Positions 24,248 through 34,889 of a stretch of DNA of 64,000 bases are shown here, in pieces (within the stretch, counting starts at the first letter, position 1; each line of letters starts with the position of its first letter). The position numbers and the translations under genes are program-made. The notes below the pieces were generated by a model. That model saw only the letters and a list, made by a program, of their open reading frames with translations. It did no database searches and had not been told where the DNA came from. Location: the NCBI GenBank assembly GCA_002135175.2, contig CP022929.1, positions 21,231-85,230 on the forward strand, read 5' to 3'. Source of the DNA: Candidatus Spiroplasma holothuricola (GTDB taxonomy: Bacteria > Bacillota_I > Bacilli_A > Mycoplasmatales > MT37).

Positions 24248-25069
24248 TTGAGACAAAAAATCATTCTCCCCATCAAGCCAAATAAAAGTCTTGGCCAAAA
24301 TTTTTTAAATTCTTCTTTAGAAACAAAAAGAATTTTTGAATCATTTAATTTGCCAACAAAATCCAAAATCTTGGAAATCGGTGCTGGTCTCGGTGCTTTA
24401 ACTGATTTTTTGATTACTGAAAATAATTCTGTTATTGCAGTTGAAAAAGATCCAAATATTTACAAATTTTTATTGAAAAAATATCAGAAAAAATCAAATT
24501 TAAAAATTTTTCAAGAAGATATTTTAAATTTTAAAATTGCTCTAAATCTTTCCAACAACAAATATATTGTTGTTGGAAATCTTCCTTTTTCTCATTGTGT
24601 CCCCATTCTTAAATGATGTCTAAATAATCATCAACATTTTTCTGATTTGTATTTATCTTTTCCTCAATCTATTGCTGAAAAAATAATCAATAGCAAAAAA
24701 AATAACACCTTACAATCATTATGTAACTTGTATTATGAAACTACTTTTTTGATTAATGTGAAACCAATTTATTTTTCCCCTAAGCCCAAAATCCTCATTA
24801 CTTTTTTACATTTCAAAATTTTAAAAAACAAAATAAAGATTGAAGATAAGCAAGAATTTGAATCATTTTTGTATGATATTTTCAAATATAAAAGAAAAAA
24901 AATATTGAATAATTCTGAATTCATAAAATGAATTAGTCGAGAAGACCTCATTAAATTTTTTAAAGAAATTAATTTAAATCTTCAGATCAGAGCTGAAAAT
25001 CTCCCATTAGAAACATTGGTGAAACTTTTTAAAAAAATCAATTTTTTTAAAAATAAACAAAATAAATAA
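24248..25069 (+). CDS. rsmA: 16S rRNA (adenine1518/1519-N6)-dimethyltransferase RsmA/KsgA
   Basis: TTG start. Motifs SLGQNFL, EIGAGLGALT and VVGNLPF are present. Two fragments are joined by TGA. Confidence 0.9.
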
Positions 25070-25095
25070 AGCAACATTCAATTATATTAAATTTT

Positions 25096-25413
25096 GTGAT
25101 CAACAGAGTTTACTTAATTGGAAATATTCTTCAAGAACCAGAACTAATTTCTTCCACGAAAAAAAACAATGAAATTAAATTATATAAATTTTCCTTAATT
25201 TTAAAAAGACCTCATTTAGGCTCCGACTCAAAATATCAAAAAGATGAATTCATTATTCAAACTTACGACTTCAATATAAAAAGATATCTACCTTTTTTAA
25301 AGAAAAATTTTCTATTAGCTGTTGAGGGCAGATTAATTAATGAATCCAATAATATAACAATTTTTGGTGACTATTTTATTTTTTTAGGTACTTTTTTTAA
25401 AAAAAATAATTAA
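25096..25413 (+). CDS. short SSB-family (OB-fold) single-stranded DNA-binding protein-like
   Basis: GTG start. The N-terminus MINRVYLIGNILQEPEL is typical of SSB. It is only 105 aa and lacks an acidic C-terminal tail. Confidence 0.55.
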   Translation: MINRVYLIGNILQEPELISSTKKNNEIKLYKFSLILKRPHLGSDSKYQKDEFIIQTYDFNIKRYLPFLKKNFLLAVEGRLINESNNITIFGDYFIFLGTFFKKNN

Positions 25414-25436
25414 TGCCATGTTAAAATTTTTTTAAT

Positions 25437-26078
25437 ATGACATTGGTGAAGGTTTTTTTCACATTTCCCATTTTTATCATTTTTTTTCTTTCATTTTTTT
25501 TAAAAAAAAAAAAATTTAAAAAGAGTCCTCGAAACTTTACTGAAGAAAAAAGATACAAATGAACAAAAAGATACTCTCGTTATTTACTCTGAATTAATGG
25601 ACAAAAATTTAAATTAATTAATTCAGATTTGTGAGATGCTGGTTCGGGAATTGTTTTTGTCAAAACCAATAGTTTTGTTTTGCCCTTGTTCATTGCCAAA
25701 GAAAATAATTTTGAAAAACAATCACCATTTATTTTCGCTTTCTCTGATAAAAAAATTGTAAAAAATAAATTTTTAATTGATTTTTATTCATTTCTCAAAC
25801 CACTTTATTTGGATTCTTTTTCAAAAGAATCATCAGACGAATGAATTGAAAAAATTAAAATCCCTCGAATGATTTTCTATTTTTATGATGAATTCAATAG
25901 TGACAATATAAAAAAAATGTTATTTTTAGCCTCAAGTGCATATTCTAAAATTATTTTTACCGAATCAGATTGTAGTCATAAAAGAAAATTATTAATTTTG
26001 AAAGAGAAAATTTCTCCATCACAAATCGTCAATTTGGATTTAAAATTTTTGGAAGAAAAAATAAGAAAAATGAAATGA
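25437..26078 (+). CDS. hypothetical N-terminally membrane-anchored protein
   Basis: A 213-aa code-4 ORF that I read through completely. An N-terminal TM helix is followed by a K-rich stretch encoded by an A13 run. Confidence 0.55.
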
Positions 26079-27370
26079 ATAAATTAATTCAAGAAATAAT
26101 TTTAAAAAAAAATTCCAATCAAGCACTTACTCAAGAAGAAATTGATTTAGTTGTCAAACTAATTCATGAAAAAAAACTTTCAGATGAAATGATAGGAAAA
26201 TTTCTTAAATCAATTCAAAAAAATCAATTCAATGATGCTGAAACTATTTTTTTTTTCGACAGTATCTATCAAAGAAGTCAAAAAATCGAAGTCAAAAAAA
26301 ACGCAAGCTTAACCTTAGACAAACATTCAACTGGGGGTATCGGTGATAAGACAACATTGGTTCTAATGCCATTATTAGCTTACTTTGGTGTAAAAACATA
26401 TAAACTTTCAGGTGTTCGTTTAGGGTATACAGGCGGTACAATCGACAAATTGTTTTCTTTTCCAAAAATAAAATTAAATTATTCCAGAGAAGAAATATTT
26501 AAAGAAACAACAAAAAATGATTCTTTGATTTGTCATACAATGTCTGATGTTTGTGAAATCGAAAAAAAACTTTATCATTTAAGAACAAAAACAAACACAA
26601 CTAAATCTGTTGATTTAATTGTTAATAGCATATTAATTAAGAAAATTTTATTTCAAAACGATATTCTTGTTCTTGACGTAAAGGTTGGTAAAGGTTCTTT
26701 GTTTCAAAATACAAAAGACATTGAAAGATTTGTTCATTTAACTGAAATTATTTGTAAAAAATACAAAAGAAAATGTATTATTATTTATTCAAACATGAAT
26801 CAACCATTAGGAAAAGCTGTAGGGAACAAAATTGAAGTTTTCGAGTCAATGGATGTTTTGGCTGGCAAAGGACCCAGCGATGTAGTAGAACTAGTTACTG
26901 AGTTATGTGCCCATAGCTTATTACAAATCAAAAAGTTTAAAAATTTAGTTGAAACCAAAGCCAAAATTAAAAAAGTCATAGCCTCAGGCAAAGTCATGCC
27001 ATTTTTTAAAGCATTAATTGAAAACCAAGGTGGAGAATGAGATGCTTTATTTTTAAATCGAAAATTAAAAGTAAAACATAAAATTACATTGAAAAGTTCC
27101 AAAAAAGGCTATTTCTATTTCAAGAATGCTGAAAAAATTGGTCATTTTTTAAATGAAATAAGTCTCAATAACAAAAATGTTTTGGATTTTGATGCTGGAA
27201 TTTACTTTTTAAAAAAAAATAATGATCCCGTAGCTAAAGGTGAAGATTTATTCATTTTTTACACAAACAAAAACGATATTCAAAAGTTAAAAACAAAAAC
27301 TCAAAACTTTTTTGAAATTATTGAGCAACCAAAATCTTCAGAACCTTTAATTTTTAAAAAAATTTCCTAA
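26075..27370 (+). CDS. pdp: pyrimidine-nucleoside (thymidine) phosphorylase
   Basis: A 431-aa ORF with the motif DKHSTGGIGDKTT, plus SGVRLGYTGGTIDKL. Fragments 26075 and 27089 share a frame. Confidence 0.9.
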
Positions 27371-28593
27371 ATTTTTCTTTCAATTTCAAATTCTCGAATA
27401 ATTTTGATTATAATTTCTCCCGGTACTTTTAGTTCCTTTTTCAATTTTCTTGTTATTTCATCAGCAATTTTTTCAGTTTGATAATCATTTACTTTCGTAG
27501 AATCAACAAAAACTCGAATCACTCTCCCTGATTTAACGGCATAACTTTCTTTAACACCAGATATTGATTTGCATGTTAGCTCGATCGTTTTCATTCTTTT
27601 CAAATAATCTTCTTGCACATTGTCTCTTGCTCCTTCTCTAGCAGCAGAAATAGTATCAGCGGCTTGGACTAAGTATGAATAAATATTGTTCGGTTTTTCA
27701 TCACCATGATGGGAAGCAATAATATTAATGATTGTGTTATTTTCTTGATTTCTTTCAGCAATTTCAACTCCTAATTGAACATGAGTTTTATTAATTTCAA
27801 AACTAATTGATTTTCCAATATCGTGAAGTAGGCCTCCTCGGATGGCAATTTTTGTATCTAATTCCAATTCCTCAGCCAATGCTCCAGCAATTTTTGCTAC
27901 TTCAATTGAATGGACAAGCACATTTTGTGCATAACTTGTTCTGTACTTTAATGTTCCAAGGCTTTTTAAAATTTCTTCTTTGAAATCAAAAATATTCAAC
28001 TCATTAGCTATTTTTTTCCCTGTTTCCAAAATAATTATGTTAATATTTCTTTCCTCGCTTTTCAAAAAATCTTCAATTTTTTGAGGTTGAATTCGTCCAT
28101 CTTCAATTAATTTTTTCATTGCTCTTTGAGCAATTTCTCTTCTCACTGGATTAAATGAAGAAAATCTGATTGTGTTGGAACCATTTTCCATAATCAAATC
28201 AACACCTGACTTTTCTTCAAAAGTTTTTATATTTCGTCCATCTTTTCCAATAATCTTCCCTTTTAATTTTGAATCACCTAGATCAATTTTAGTAATAGTT
28301 TTACTTGCCAAAAAAGTACCTGAATAACGTTCAATAGCAGTAGCTAAAATTTTGTTTGCTTGTTCTTTAATTTTTTCCTCAGTTTGATTTTGTAAATTTT
28401 TTAGTTCTCTTGCTAATAATTCATTGTATTTTTTTTCAATATTTTTAATCAACAATTCTCGAGCTTTTTCTTCACTCAATCCACTCAATTTTTCTAAGCT
28501 CAAAATGAGTTGAGCTTGCATGTCTTTTGTTTTTTGAATTTCTTCTTTAAGAATGTTGGCTAAAGTGTCTTTTTCGTTATTGTTTTCTATCAT
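27367..28593 (-). CDS. rny: ribonuclease Y (KH + HD domains) without a recognisable N-terminal membrane helix
   Basis: The KH motif GKIIGKDGRNIKTFEEKSGVDLI and the HD motifs HSIEVAKIAG...LLHDIGK...ASHHGD are present. An in-frame TAA lies 2 codons upstream of the ATG. Confidence 0.9.
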   Translation of the reverse strand: MIENNNEKDTLANILKEEIQKTKDMQAQLILSLEKLSGLSEEKARELLIKNIEKKYNELLARELKNLQNQTEEKIKEQANKILATAIERYSGTFLASKTITKIDLGDSKLKGKIIGKDGRNIKTFEEKSGVDLIMENGSNTIRFSSFNPVRREIAQRAMKKLIEDGRIQPQKIEDFLKSEERNINIIILETGKKIANELNIFDFKEEILKSLGTLKYRTSYAQNVLVHSIEVAKIAGALAEELELDTKIAIRGGLLHDIGKSISFEINKTHVQLGVEIAERNQENNTIINIIASHHGDEKPNNIYSYLVQAADTISAAREGARDNVQEDYLKRMKTIELTCKSISGVKESYAVKSGRVIRVFVDSTKVNDYQTEKIADEITRKLKKELKVPGEIIIKIIREFEIERKI

Positions 28594-28665
28594 TATTAAT
28601 TAAAAATTAAATGAGATTATTAATCCCATTTACAAAATTTTTTTTAATAAAAAAATAAATTTTTA

Positions 28666-29646
28666 TTATTTCTCTTTATAAGAATTTTTTATTTGTAAAA
28701 AAAGTTCTTTGGTTAGTTTTGGATTGTTATCAAGATAGAGTTTACTTTTCTCAATACCACAATCCAGTCTTTGTTCATTATATCAAATTCAATTCCCCTT
28801 CTTTTTTAATATATTTTCTTGGATGCCTAACTCCAAAATTTCTCTTTTTAATGACATGCCCTCACCAAAATAAAAATTGAGGAAATCGAATCGAAATGGA
28901 GTTCCTTGTTTGTTTTTCACTGTTCTTACTTGTGAACAAACTCCTATTTCTTGATCGTTTTTTGTTATTTTCCCTTTTCTTCGCAAACCAATTCTTAAAG
29001 AGGCATAAAAACGTAATGCATTGCCCCCAGATGTGATTTCTGGATTACCGAACATAATTTTCAATTTATCTCGCAATTGGTTAATAAAAATCACAGTTAC
29101 GTTCTTTTCTGAAAGCAAATAATTAATTTTTCTCAAGGCTTTTGACATAATTCGAGCTTGTAATCCCATTAAAATTTTTTCCATGCTTCCTTTTTTTTCA
29201 TCTTCCGGTAAAAGTGCAGCCACAGAATCCAGAACAATCAATGAAAATTTTTGACTTGAAATTAGTTCAATGATAATATTGAATGTTTCTTCAGCATTTT
29301 TAGTATTGAATAAAGCTAATTTTTCCAAATTTACACCCAACATTTTCATGTATTTCATATCGACAGTTCTCTCAATATCAAAAAAAGCCACATTTCGTTC
29401 ATCAGATTTTTGCATTTCAGCAATGGCATGTATTGCTAAAGTTGTTTTTCCGGTTGCTGGTTGCCCAAAAATTTCAACGATTCTTTTTTTAGGATAACCA
29501 TTACCACCAATAAGTCGATCTAAAACAAGGCTACCAGAAGAAAAAAATTTTTTTTCATCACATTGTTCAGCAAGAATCGTTGTATTATATTTTTTTACTA
29601 TTTCCTGCAAAAACTTTTGCATTTCACAGTTATCTTTTTTATTCAC
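28666..29646 (-). CDS. recA: recombinase RecA (divergent)
   Basis: The Walker A motif GQPATGKTT is present, along with LIVLDSVAALLP and FINQLRDK...GNPEITSGGNALRFYAS. It extends through two TGA codons to TAA 28666-28668. The start is GTG 29646, or alternatively ATG 7 codons downstream (Met-8 of the listed ORF). Confidence 0.9.
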
Positions 29647-29688
29647 AACATAATAGTATTAACAAAAACCTGAAAATATCCTTTTTTT

Positions 29689-29996
29689 AAAGGAACAAAA
29701 CTAATTCAATAAGCCAGCTTTTGTTTAAGCTAATTATTTATCTATTCAATTGAAATTGAATTTTGCCTTAAATTTTTATTCTTCTCAGCAAATGCCGCTA
29801 CCTTAATTTGCGTTGCTCGCTTGTGGAAGTTTACCGCGTTTCACATTACTCGTCTCTGTGGCACTAGTCATCATTTTTCAATGTTCCCAATTTCTTGAGA
29901 CACAAACACTACTAACATTACAGTTAGTGCGAGGCCGGACTTTCCTCTAGTAACATATGGTCACCAGCAATTAGCATAAATTAGCCTTGTTCCTTT
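29689..29996 (-). ncRNA. rnpB: RNase P RNA (type B, Firmicute/Mollicute-like)
   Basis: The minus strand carries the hallmark AGAGGAAAGTCCGGCCTCGCAC. The 3' conserved segment ...AAAAGCTGGCTTAT... is also present. The terminal P1 pairing is AAAGGAACAAGG / TTTTGTTCCTTT. The ends are approximate. Confidence 0.85.
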
Positions 29997-30002
29997 AATA
30001 TT

Positions 30003-30725
30003 TTACTTTTTTTTACTAAATGCAACAAGTGTATTCAAACCAAGTTTAAACATTTTTTCAGTTCCTTTTACACGATCATCAAAATTGGTTTCTTTGTTAT
30101 TTTTAAAACCAATATTATCGGAAATCATCAGAATAGCTCCTGTTTTACATTTCAAAATCTTACCAATTGAAAACAAGACAGCCGTTTCCATGTCAGTCAA
30201 GGAAAATTTTCCGTTTTCTGTATGTTCTTTGATCGTTTTTAAGTCGGCATAAAAATTATTTGAACTGTAAACATCAGCAATGATTATTTTTTGTTTGGTT
30301 TGTTCGGCAACATTAATTATTTTTTGAAACAGTTCCGGGGTTGGAAAGTTGTCTCGATTTTGTTTTCAATTATTTTTTTCAAAATCGGGTTGGAAACTTG
30401 CTGATTGAACAATTGCCAAATCAAAAATGTCGAATTTGTGACTTAAATTTCCCGCTGTTCCTGTTCGAATAATTACTTGAACATCGTACTCACGAATCAA
30501 TTCAATTGCATAAATCTCCATTGAAGGTATACCCATGCCGGAGGTGGCCAAACTCACTCTTAATCCTTTATAAATTCCTGTATAAATGTAGTTCAATCTA
30601 TTAGAATTGACTAATTCAGGATTTTCTAAGAAGGTTTCTGCAGCCCATTTGGTTCTTTCAGGATTTCCACTGATGAGAATATAAGGACTTATTTTTTTTT
30701 TAGGGGTGTTGATGTGTCGTGACAC
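30003..30725 (-). CDS. deoD: purine nucleoside phosphorylase DeoD-type
   Basis: A 240-aa code-4 ORF whose two fragments share a frame. Sequences ILISGNPERT, ATSGMGIPSMEIYAIEL, RTGTAGN and TDMETAVLF are present. Confidence 0.88.
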
Positions 30726-31042
30726 TATTTTTCTTCTAATTTATTTAACCGTTGAATAATATCCATGTTACTTAGACCTTTATCTTGCAAATCTCCCAAT
30801 TCTTTTTTAACAATTTGATTATGGTTTTCTAAAACCTTAATTCTTTTTTCTAAAAATTCAATTCTTTGATCTTTTTCAGTAATTTGTTTATTTCTTTCTT
30901 TATTAATCACTTCTCAACTTTCATAATCTTTTTTAATGAGATCGAGAAAAAAATCAACTTGATTTACATCGTAACCTTTAATGTTGATCGTGAATTTTTT
31001 TTCGAGAATATCTTCGTTGGTTAAATTTACTTTTAATTTCAT
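30725..31042 (-). CDS. DivIVA/GpsB-domain protein
   Basis: A 105-aa code-4 ORF. The N-terminus reads FTINIKGYDVNQVDFFLDLIKKDYESW and is followed by a coiled coil. Its stop overlaps the deoD GTG by 1 nt. Confidence 0.7.
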
Positions 31043-31129
31043 AACAATTTTCTAAAGGATTTCAAAGGTGTTTGTACTCAAAAATCAATCTTCACGAAAA
31101 AGATATTTATTTGAAGTGAATGTAACTCA

Positions 31130-31414
31130 CTATTTTACAGTTGCTGCAATATCTTCTTTTAATTTCTTGCTTGGTTTGAATTTCATAACAAACTTTGCAG
31201 GAATTGTAATTGGCTTTCCTGTCTGTAAATTAATTCCTTTTCGAGCTGCTCGATGAACAATCGAAAATGTTCCAACACCAGCCACTTTAAAAACCTTGTC
31301 AGCTTTTAAAGCCATAATCATTGAAGCAAAAATTGTGTCATAAGCACGCTCTGTGTCTTTTCGACTCATTTCTAGCTTTTTAGATAACATGTCAATAAAC
31401 TCAATTTTTTTCAT
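31130..31414 (-). CDS. hup: HU-family DNA-binding protein, copy 2
   Basis: A 94-aa protein with an HU fold pattern (...GVGTFSIVHRAARKGINLQTGKPITIPAKFVMKFKPSKKLK). It shares 86 of 94 residues with the upstream copy. Confidence 0.9.
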   Translation of the reverse strand: MKKIEFIDMLSKKLEMSRKDTERAYDTIFASMIMALKADKVFKVAGVGTFSIVHRAARKGINLQTGKPITIPAKFVMKFKPSKKLKEDIAATVK

Positions 31415-31418
31415 AGAT

Positions 31419-31703
31419 CTACTTTACAGTTGCTGCAATATCATCTTTTAATTTCTTGCTTGCTTTGAATTTCATAACAAATTTTGCAGGAATTGTAATT
31501 GGTTTTCTTGTTTGTAAATTAATTCCTTTTCGTGTTGCTCGATGAACAATCGAAAATGTTCCAACACCAGCTACTTTGAAAACCTTGTCTTCTTTTAGAG
31601 CTGTAATCAATGAAGCAAAAATTGTGTCATAAGCACGTTCTGTGTCTTTTCGACTCATTTCTAGCTTTTTAGCTAACATGTCAATAAATTCAATTTTTTT
31701 CAA
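31419..31703 (-). CDS. hup: HU-family DNA-binding protein, copy 1
   Basis: A 94-aa tandem paralog of 31130-31414, separated from it by 4 nt. Confidence 0.9.
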   Translation of the reverse strand: MKKIEFIDMLAKKLEMSRKDTERAYDTIFASLITALKEDKVFKVAGVGTFSIVHRATRKGINLQTRKPITIPAKFVMKFKASKKLKDDIAATVK

Positions 31704-31752
31704 TTTGTTTTTCTGTCCTGTATTTTTTTTATATCAGTTAATTTGCGAATTT

Positions 31753-33429
31753 TTACTTTTTTTGCACTTTTTTTTTAATTTTTTTTAAAAAACTATTGAT
31801 ACCATCACGTTTATTTGCACTCAAAAAACAAAGTTCTTTATCTTTTATGTAACTTAAAAATTGTTTCATTTGTTTCTTTTTCACTTTTAAATCACGAACA
31901 ATGTCTATTTTATTTCCAATAATGATTATTGGAATCTCATGATCTTTAGCTATTCTTACAATTTTTTTATCTTGTTCTACAAATTCACTTGCCAAATCAA
32001 TAACCAAAACCAATAAATCAATTGACTTTAATTTTCTTTCAATTTGTCTTTCAGATTCTTTTTCAATGATACTTTTATTTTTACTTTTTCTTCTCAAGCC
32101 AGCACTGTCATAAAAAATATATTTATTATTACCTCAGATCATTTCTTTGACAACTAAATTTGTTGTTGTGTTGGGAATACTACTGACAATTGACTGATTT
32201 AAACCGATGATTTGATTAAATAGGGTTGATTTTCCAGCATTTGTTCGCCCGGCAAATAATATTTTGTATTCATTTTTCGGAATTCAATCATTCTTGAATT
32301 CTTTTTTGAACAATCTTTTCAAGATCATGTCTTTGAGTGCAGTTAAGTCATTTTTTCTTCGAGCTGATATGTACAAAATGTTTTTTGTCGGTGCTTTTTT
32401 TCATTTTTTTGCAGAATCTTTATCGAATTGTTGATCAATTTTGTTGACCAAAAAAATCATTTCTTTTGTTTTTCTTTTTAGATATTGAAAAACGTAGTTC
32501 TCCAAAATTTGATGTGATTCTCTGTGATCAACAACAAATAAGATCAAGTCAGCTTTATCAATTCAAATTTTTGTTCTTTCATCAATATCTTTTTGTCAGA
32601 TTGATTTTTCTTCATTTTCAACTCCTCCACTATCTATTAATTGGAATTCAATGTCATTTCATTTTAATTTTTCTGCGAACCAATCTCTTGTTGTATGCAT
32701 TTGCTTTGATGTGATCACGACTCTTTTTCCAATCAAATTGTTAAATAAGGTTGATTTTCCGGCATTGGTTGGTCCTACAATTAAAACATTAAAAATTTTG
32801 TCAAGATTTGTTCGAATTATTTTTATGATTTTATTGACAATTTCTTCAACAGTCATGTGCTCGTTACGGATATAGTGAGCATCAGGAACTCTCGTTAGAG
32901 CACCAAATTTTCTTGTTTTTTCCATTTTGTTGGTTTCATTAATGATCTTTTTTCAATCTTTTTCGGTTTTTTGTTCACTAGTAAAAATTTTTAATTTTCT
33001 TTGAACTTGTGTTTTGGCATTAACATCTAAAAAAAATTTGATGTCAGCATCTGGGGCAATGATTGTCGTCGTGTCACGGCCAACCAATAAATAACTTTTC
33101 CTGCTAATAATTTTTTGACAAATCTGAGTAATTTTTTCACGAATGCGTTTGTCCAAAGCAATATTTTTTGCCATTTGTTCAATCGAAAAAGTTTGTAATT
33201 TATCTTCTTTTAACTTTAATTCTTTTTCATCTGTGACCCGAAAATCATCAATTTCTCTTTTTTTTAAATTTTTTAATTCAATTTTTTGTTCAATCAAATA
33301 CAAAGCAAACAATCGATAAAAAAGTCCTGTATCTAGAAAATTAATTTTTAATCTTTCAGCGACCAACCGGCCACAAACTGTTTTACCTGACCCTGTGGGT
33401 CCATCAATTGCAACCAAAATTTGTTTCAT
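31753..33429 (-). CDS. der: single 558-codon ORF fusing cytidylate kinase (N-terminal) to the double-GTPase Der/EngA (C-terminal)
   Basis: The Cmk part has IDGPTGSGKT, GRDTTTII and the tail ...TRVPDAHYIRNEHMTVEEIVNKIIKII. It runs straight into Der: GD1 has GPTNAGKS and DSGG; GD2 has GRTNAGKS, DSAG and GNKID. I read every codon from 32955 to 32098 and found only TGA, with no TAA or TAG. Confidence 0.85.
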
Positions 33430-33433
33430 TTAC

Positions 33434-34099
33434 TTATTCTCCAGATGTCAATAATAAAATAAAAAGACAAATAACAAGAAAAAACAAAGAAACTAAACAA
33501 CTTCAAAACAATCATTTTGTTTTTTTTTTTCTGATATTTTTTCAAAAATCAATACTATTTTCTCGAGCTTCAATTTTTTTTTGAGTAGAAATGATGTCTT
33601 GAAAAACATTTTTTTCATCAAAAAAAGAATCGTTAATATGTTTTGCTTTTTCTGATATTTTGTATTTTTGTTCCATCATCAAATTATACTTTTCATCAAT
33701 CTGATTTCGATTTTTTTCAATTACTTCAATTTGCTTATTAATTAAATCTTCATTTGCAAAGTCAGGAACGAAATCAGCAATTTGCGTTTTTTTGTCACTA
33801 TGACCTCGAAGTTTTCCCTCGATTTTGCTTTCAGCATCATTTAATTCTTCTCTGAATTTGTCTAGATTGCTGTCTTCTTTTGCTTGTTCAACGTCAATTA
33901 GATTGCTAAAATCACCAAAAATTGCAGTTGCTTTTAAACCGGCTAAAACAAAAATTTTGTCATCAATCTTGTCAACCTTTGATTGAAAATGATTAATTTT
34001 GGCAAAATTCTCTTTTTTGAGTTGTAAAACCTTTATTTCTTGGTCAACTCTTTCCCTTAATTTGGCATATTTTTCAATTCTATTGTTTATTTTTCCCAT
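33434..34099 (-). CDS. coiled-coil protein with a C-terminal transmembrane anchor, unknown function
   Basis: A 221-aa code-4 ORF that is K/E/D-rich and helical. After three TGA codons it ends in the hydrophobic tail SCLVSLFFLVICLFILLLT. Confidence 0.55.
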
Positions 34100-34662
34100 A
34101 GGAAATGGCTAAAATTCATTCTTTTTCTTCTTATTAAAAAAGTAATAAAAACGACTATTCCTAATTTTAATGTATTAAGCAACAAAACAATTAAAAGTTT
34201 AATATCAAAATTTCCCGGGTTAAGATCCTTGTAATTCCACAACTTAAATAAATCGAAAATTCCGGCAATAAGGAAGATAGAGAATGTAAGGGAAATAATT
34301 CCATACAAAAGAGAAAAAAGACAAAATATAAAGTATTTTCATTTTTTATTTTTATTTTTATTTTCTTTTTGAAATAATAAACGTAAAAGTAAAATGACAC
34401 CTCCCACTCATATAACAAAAAAAAACATTTCAATAACTGTCGTTTGTGGTTCGTGTCCATGACTAATAAAATCGATAAGTGGTGCTAGACCAGCAGCAAT
34501 GAGTAGGGTTTTTGATTTAACAATTCCAATTAGACAAAGTAAAACTATTAATCCAAATTCAAATTTCAGTTCATAAACTGACAAACCTCCCTCATTAATT
34601 GGCAGTAGCACTCTAAAACCAAACATGTTGACCACCACAAAAAGGGCAAGGATCACAGGCAC
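34087..34662 (-). CDS. small polytopic membrane protein, unknown function
   Basis: Fragments with tops at 34662 and 34308 share a frame and are joined by TGA codons. The start is uncertain: GTG 34662, or upstream GTG 34758. Confidence 0.5.
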
Positions 34663-34889
34663 AATTACAATCGTCTCAATTAGATTACGATTTTTCTCAA
34701 AACCATAATGGCTTTTTTTTTGAAATCTACGATTTCAAATTTTCTTGCTAAAAGTCACTATTGTACTTTTGTCTTATTCGTTTTCAAATTCATATTCATT
34801 AATCTAGGTTTGGATTCACTATTGTTTAAATATATTTTGCCTGATTTTAAAATATTTTTGAAAAAATTTTTAGTTAAAATGTCATTATC

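Larger units (their letters stand above)
31130..31703 (-). repeat. tandem direct duplication (about 289-nt unit) carrying the two HU genes
   Basis: The two units align over their full length, with 8 amino-acid differences plus silent changes. Confidence 0.9.

Noticed and set aside
25437-26078. A PlsC-type acyltransferase assignment for the 213-aa membrane-anchored ORF, since its layout resembles an N-terminal TM helix followed by an acyltransferase core.
   Set aside because: The catalytic HxxxxD motif is not present at the corresponding position (…VKTNSFVLPLF…). The similarity is too weak to call.
31043-31129. A possible terminator hairpin downstream of the second HU gene.
   Set aside because: It is only a 5-bp A/T-rich stem with a 17-nt loop, which is not convincing.
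32466-32875. Plus-strand ORFs 32466-32714 and 32651-32875.
   Set aside because: They lie opposite the der part of the Cmk-Der ORF, which I verified codon by codon. They are hydrophobic low-complexity translations of the antisense strand.
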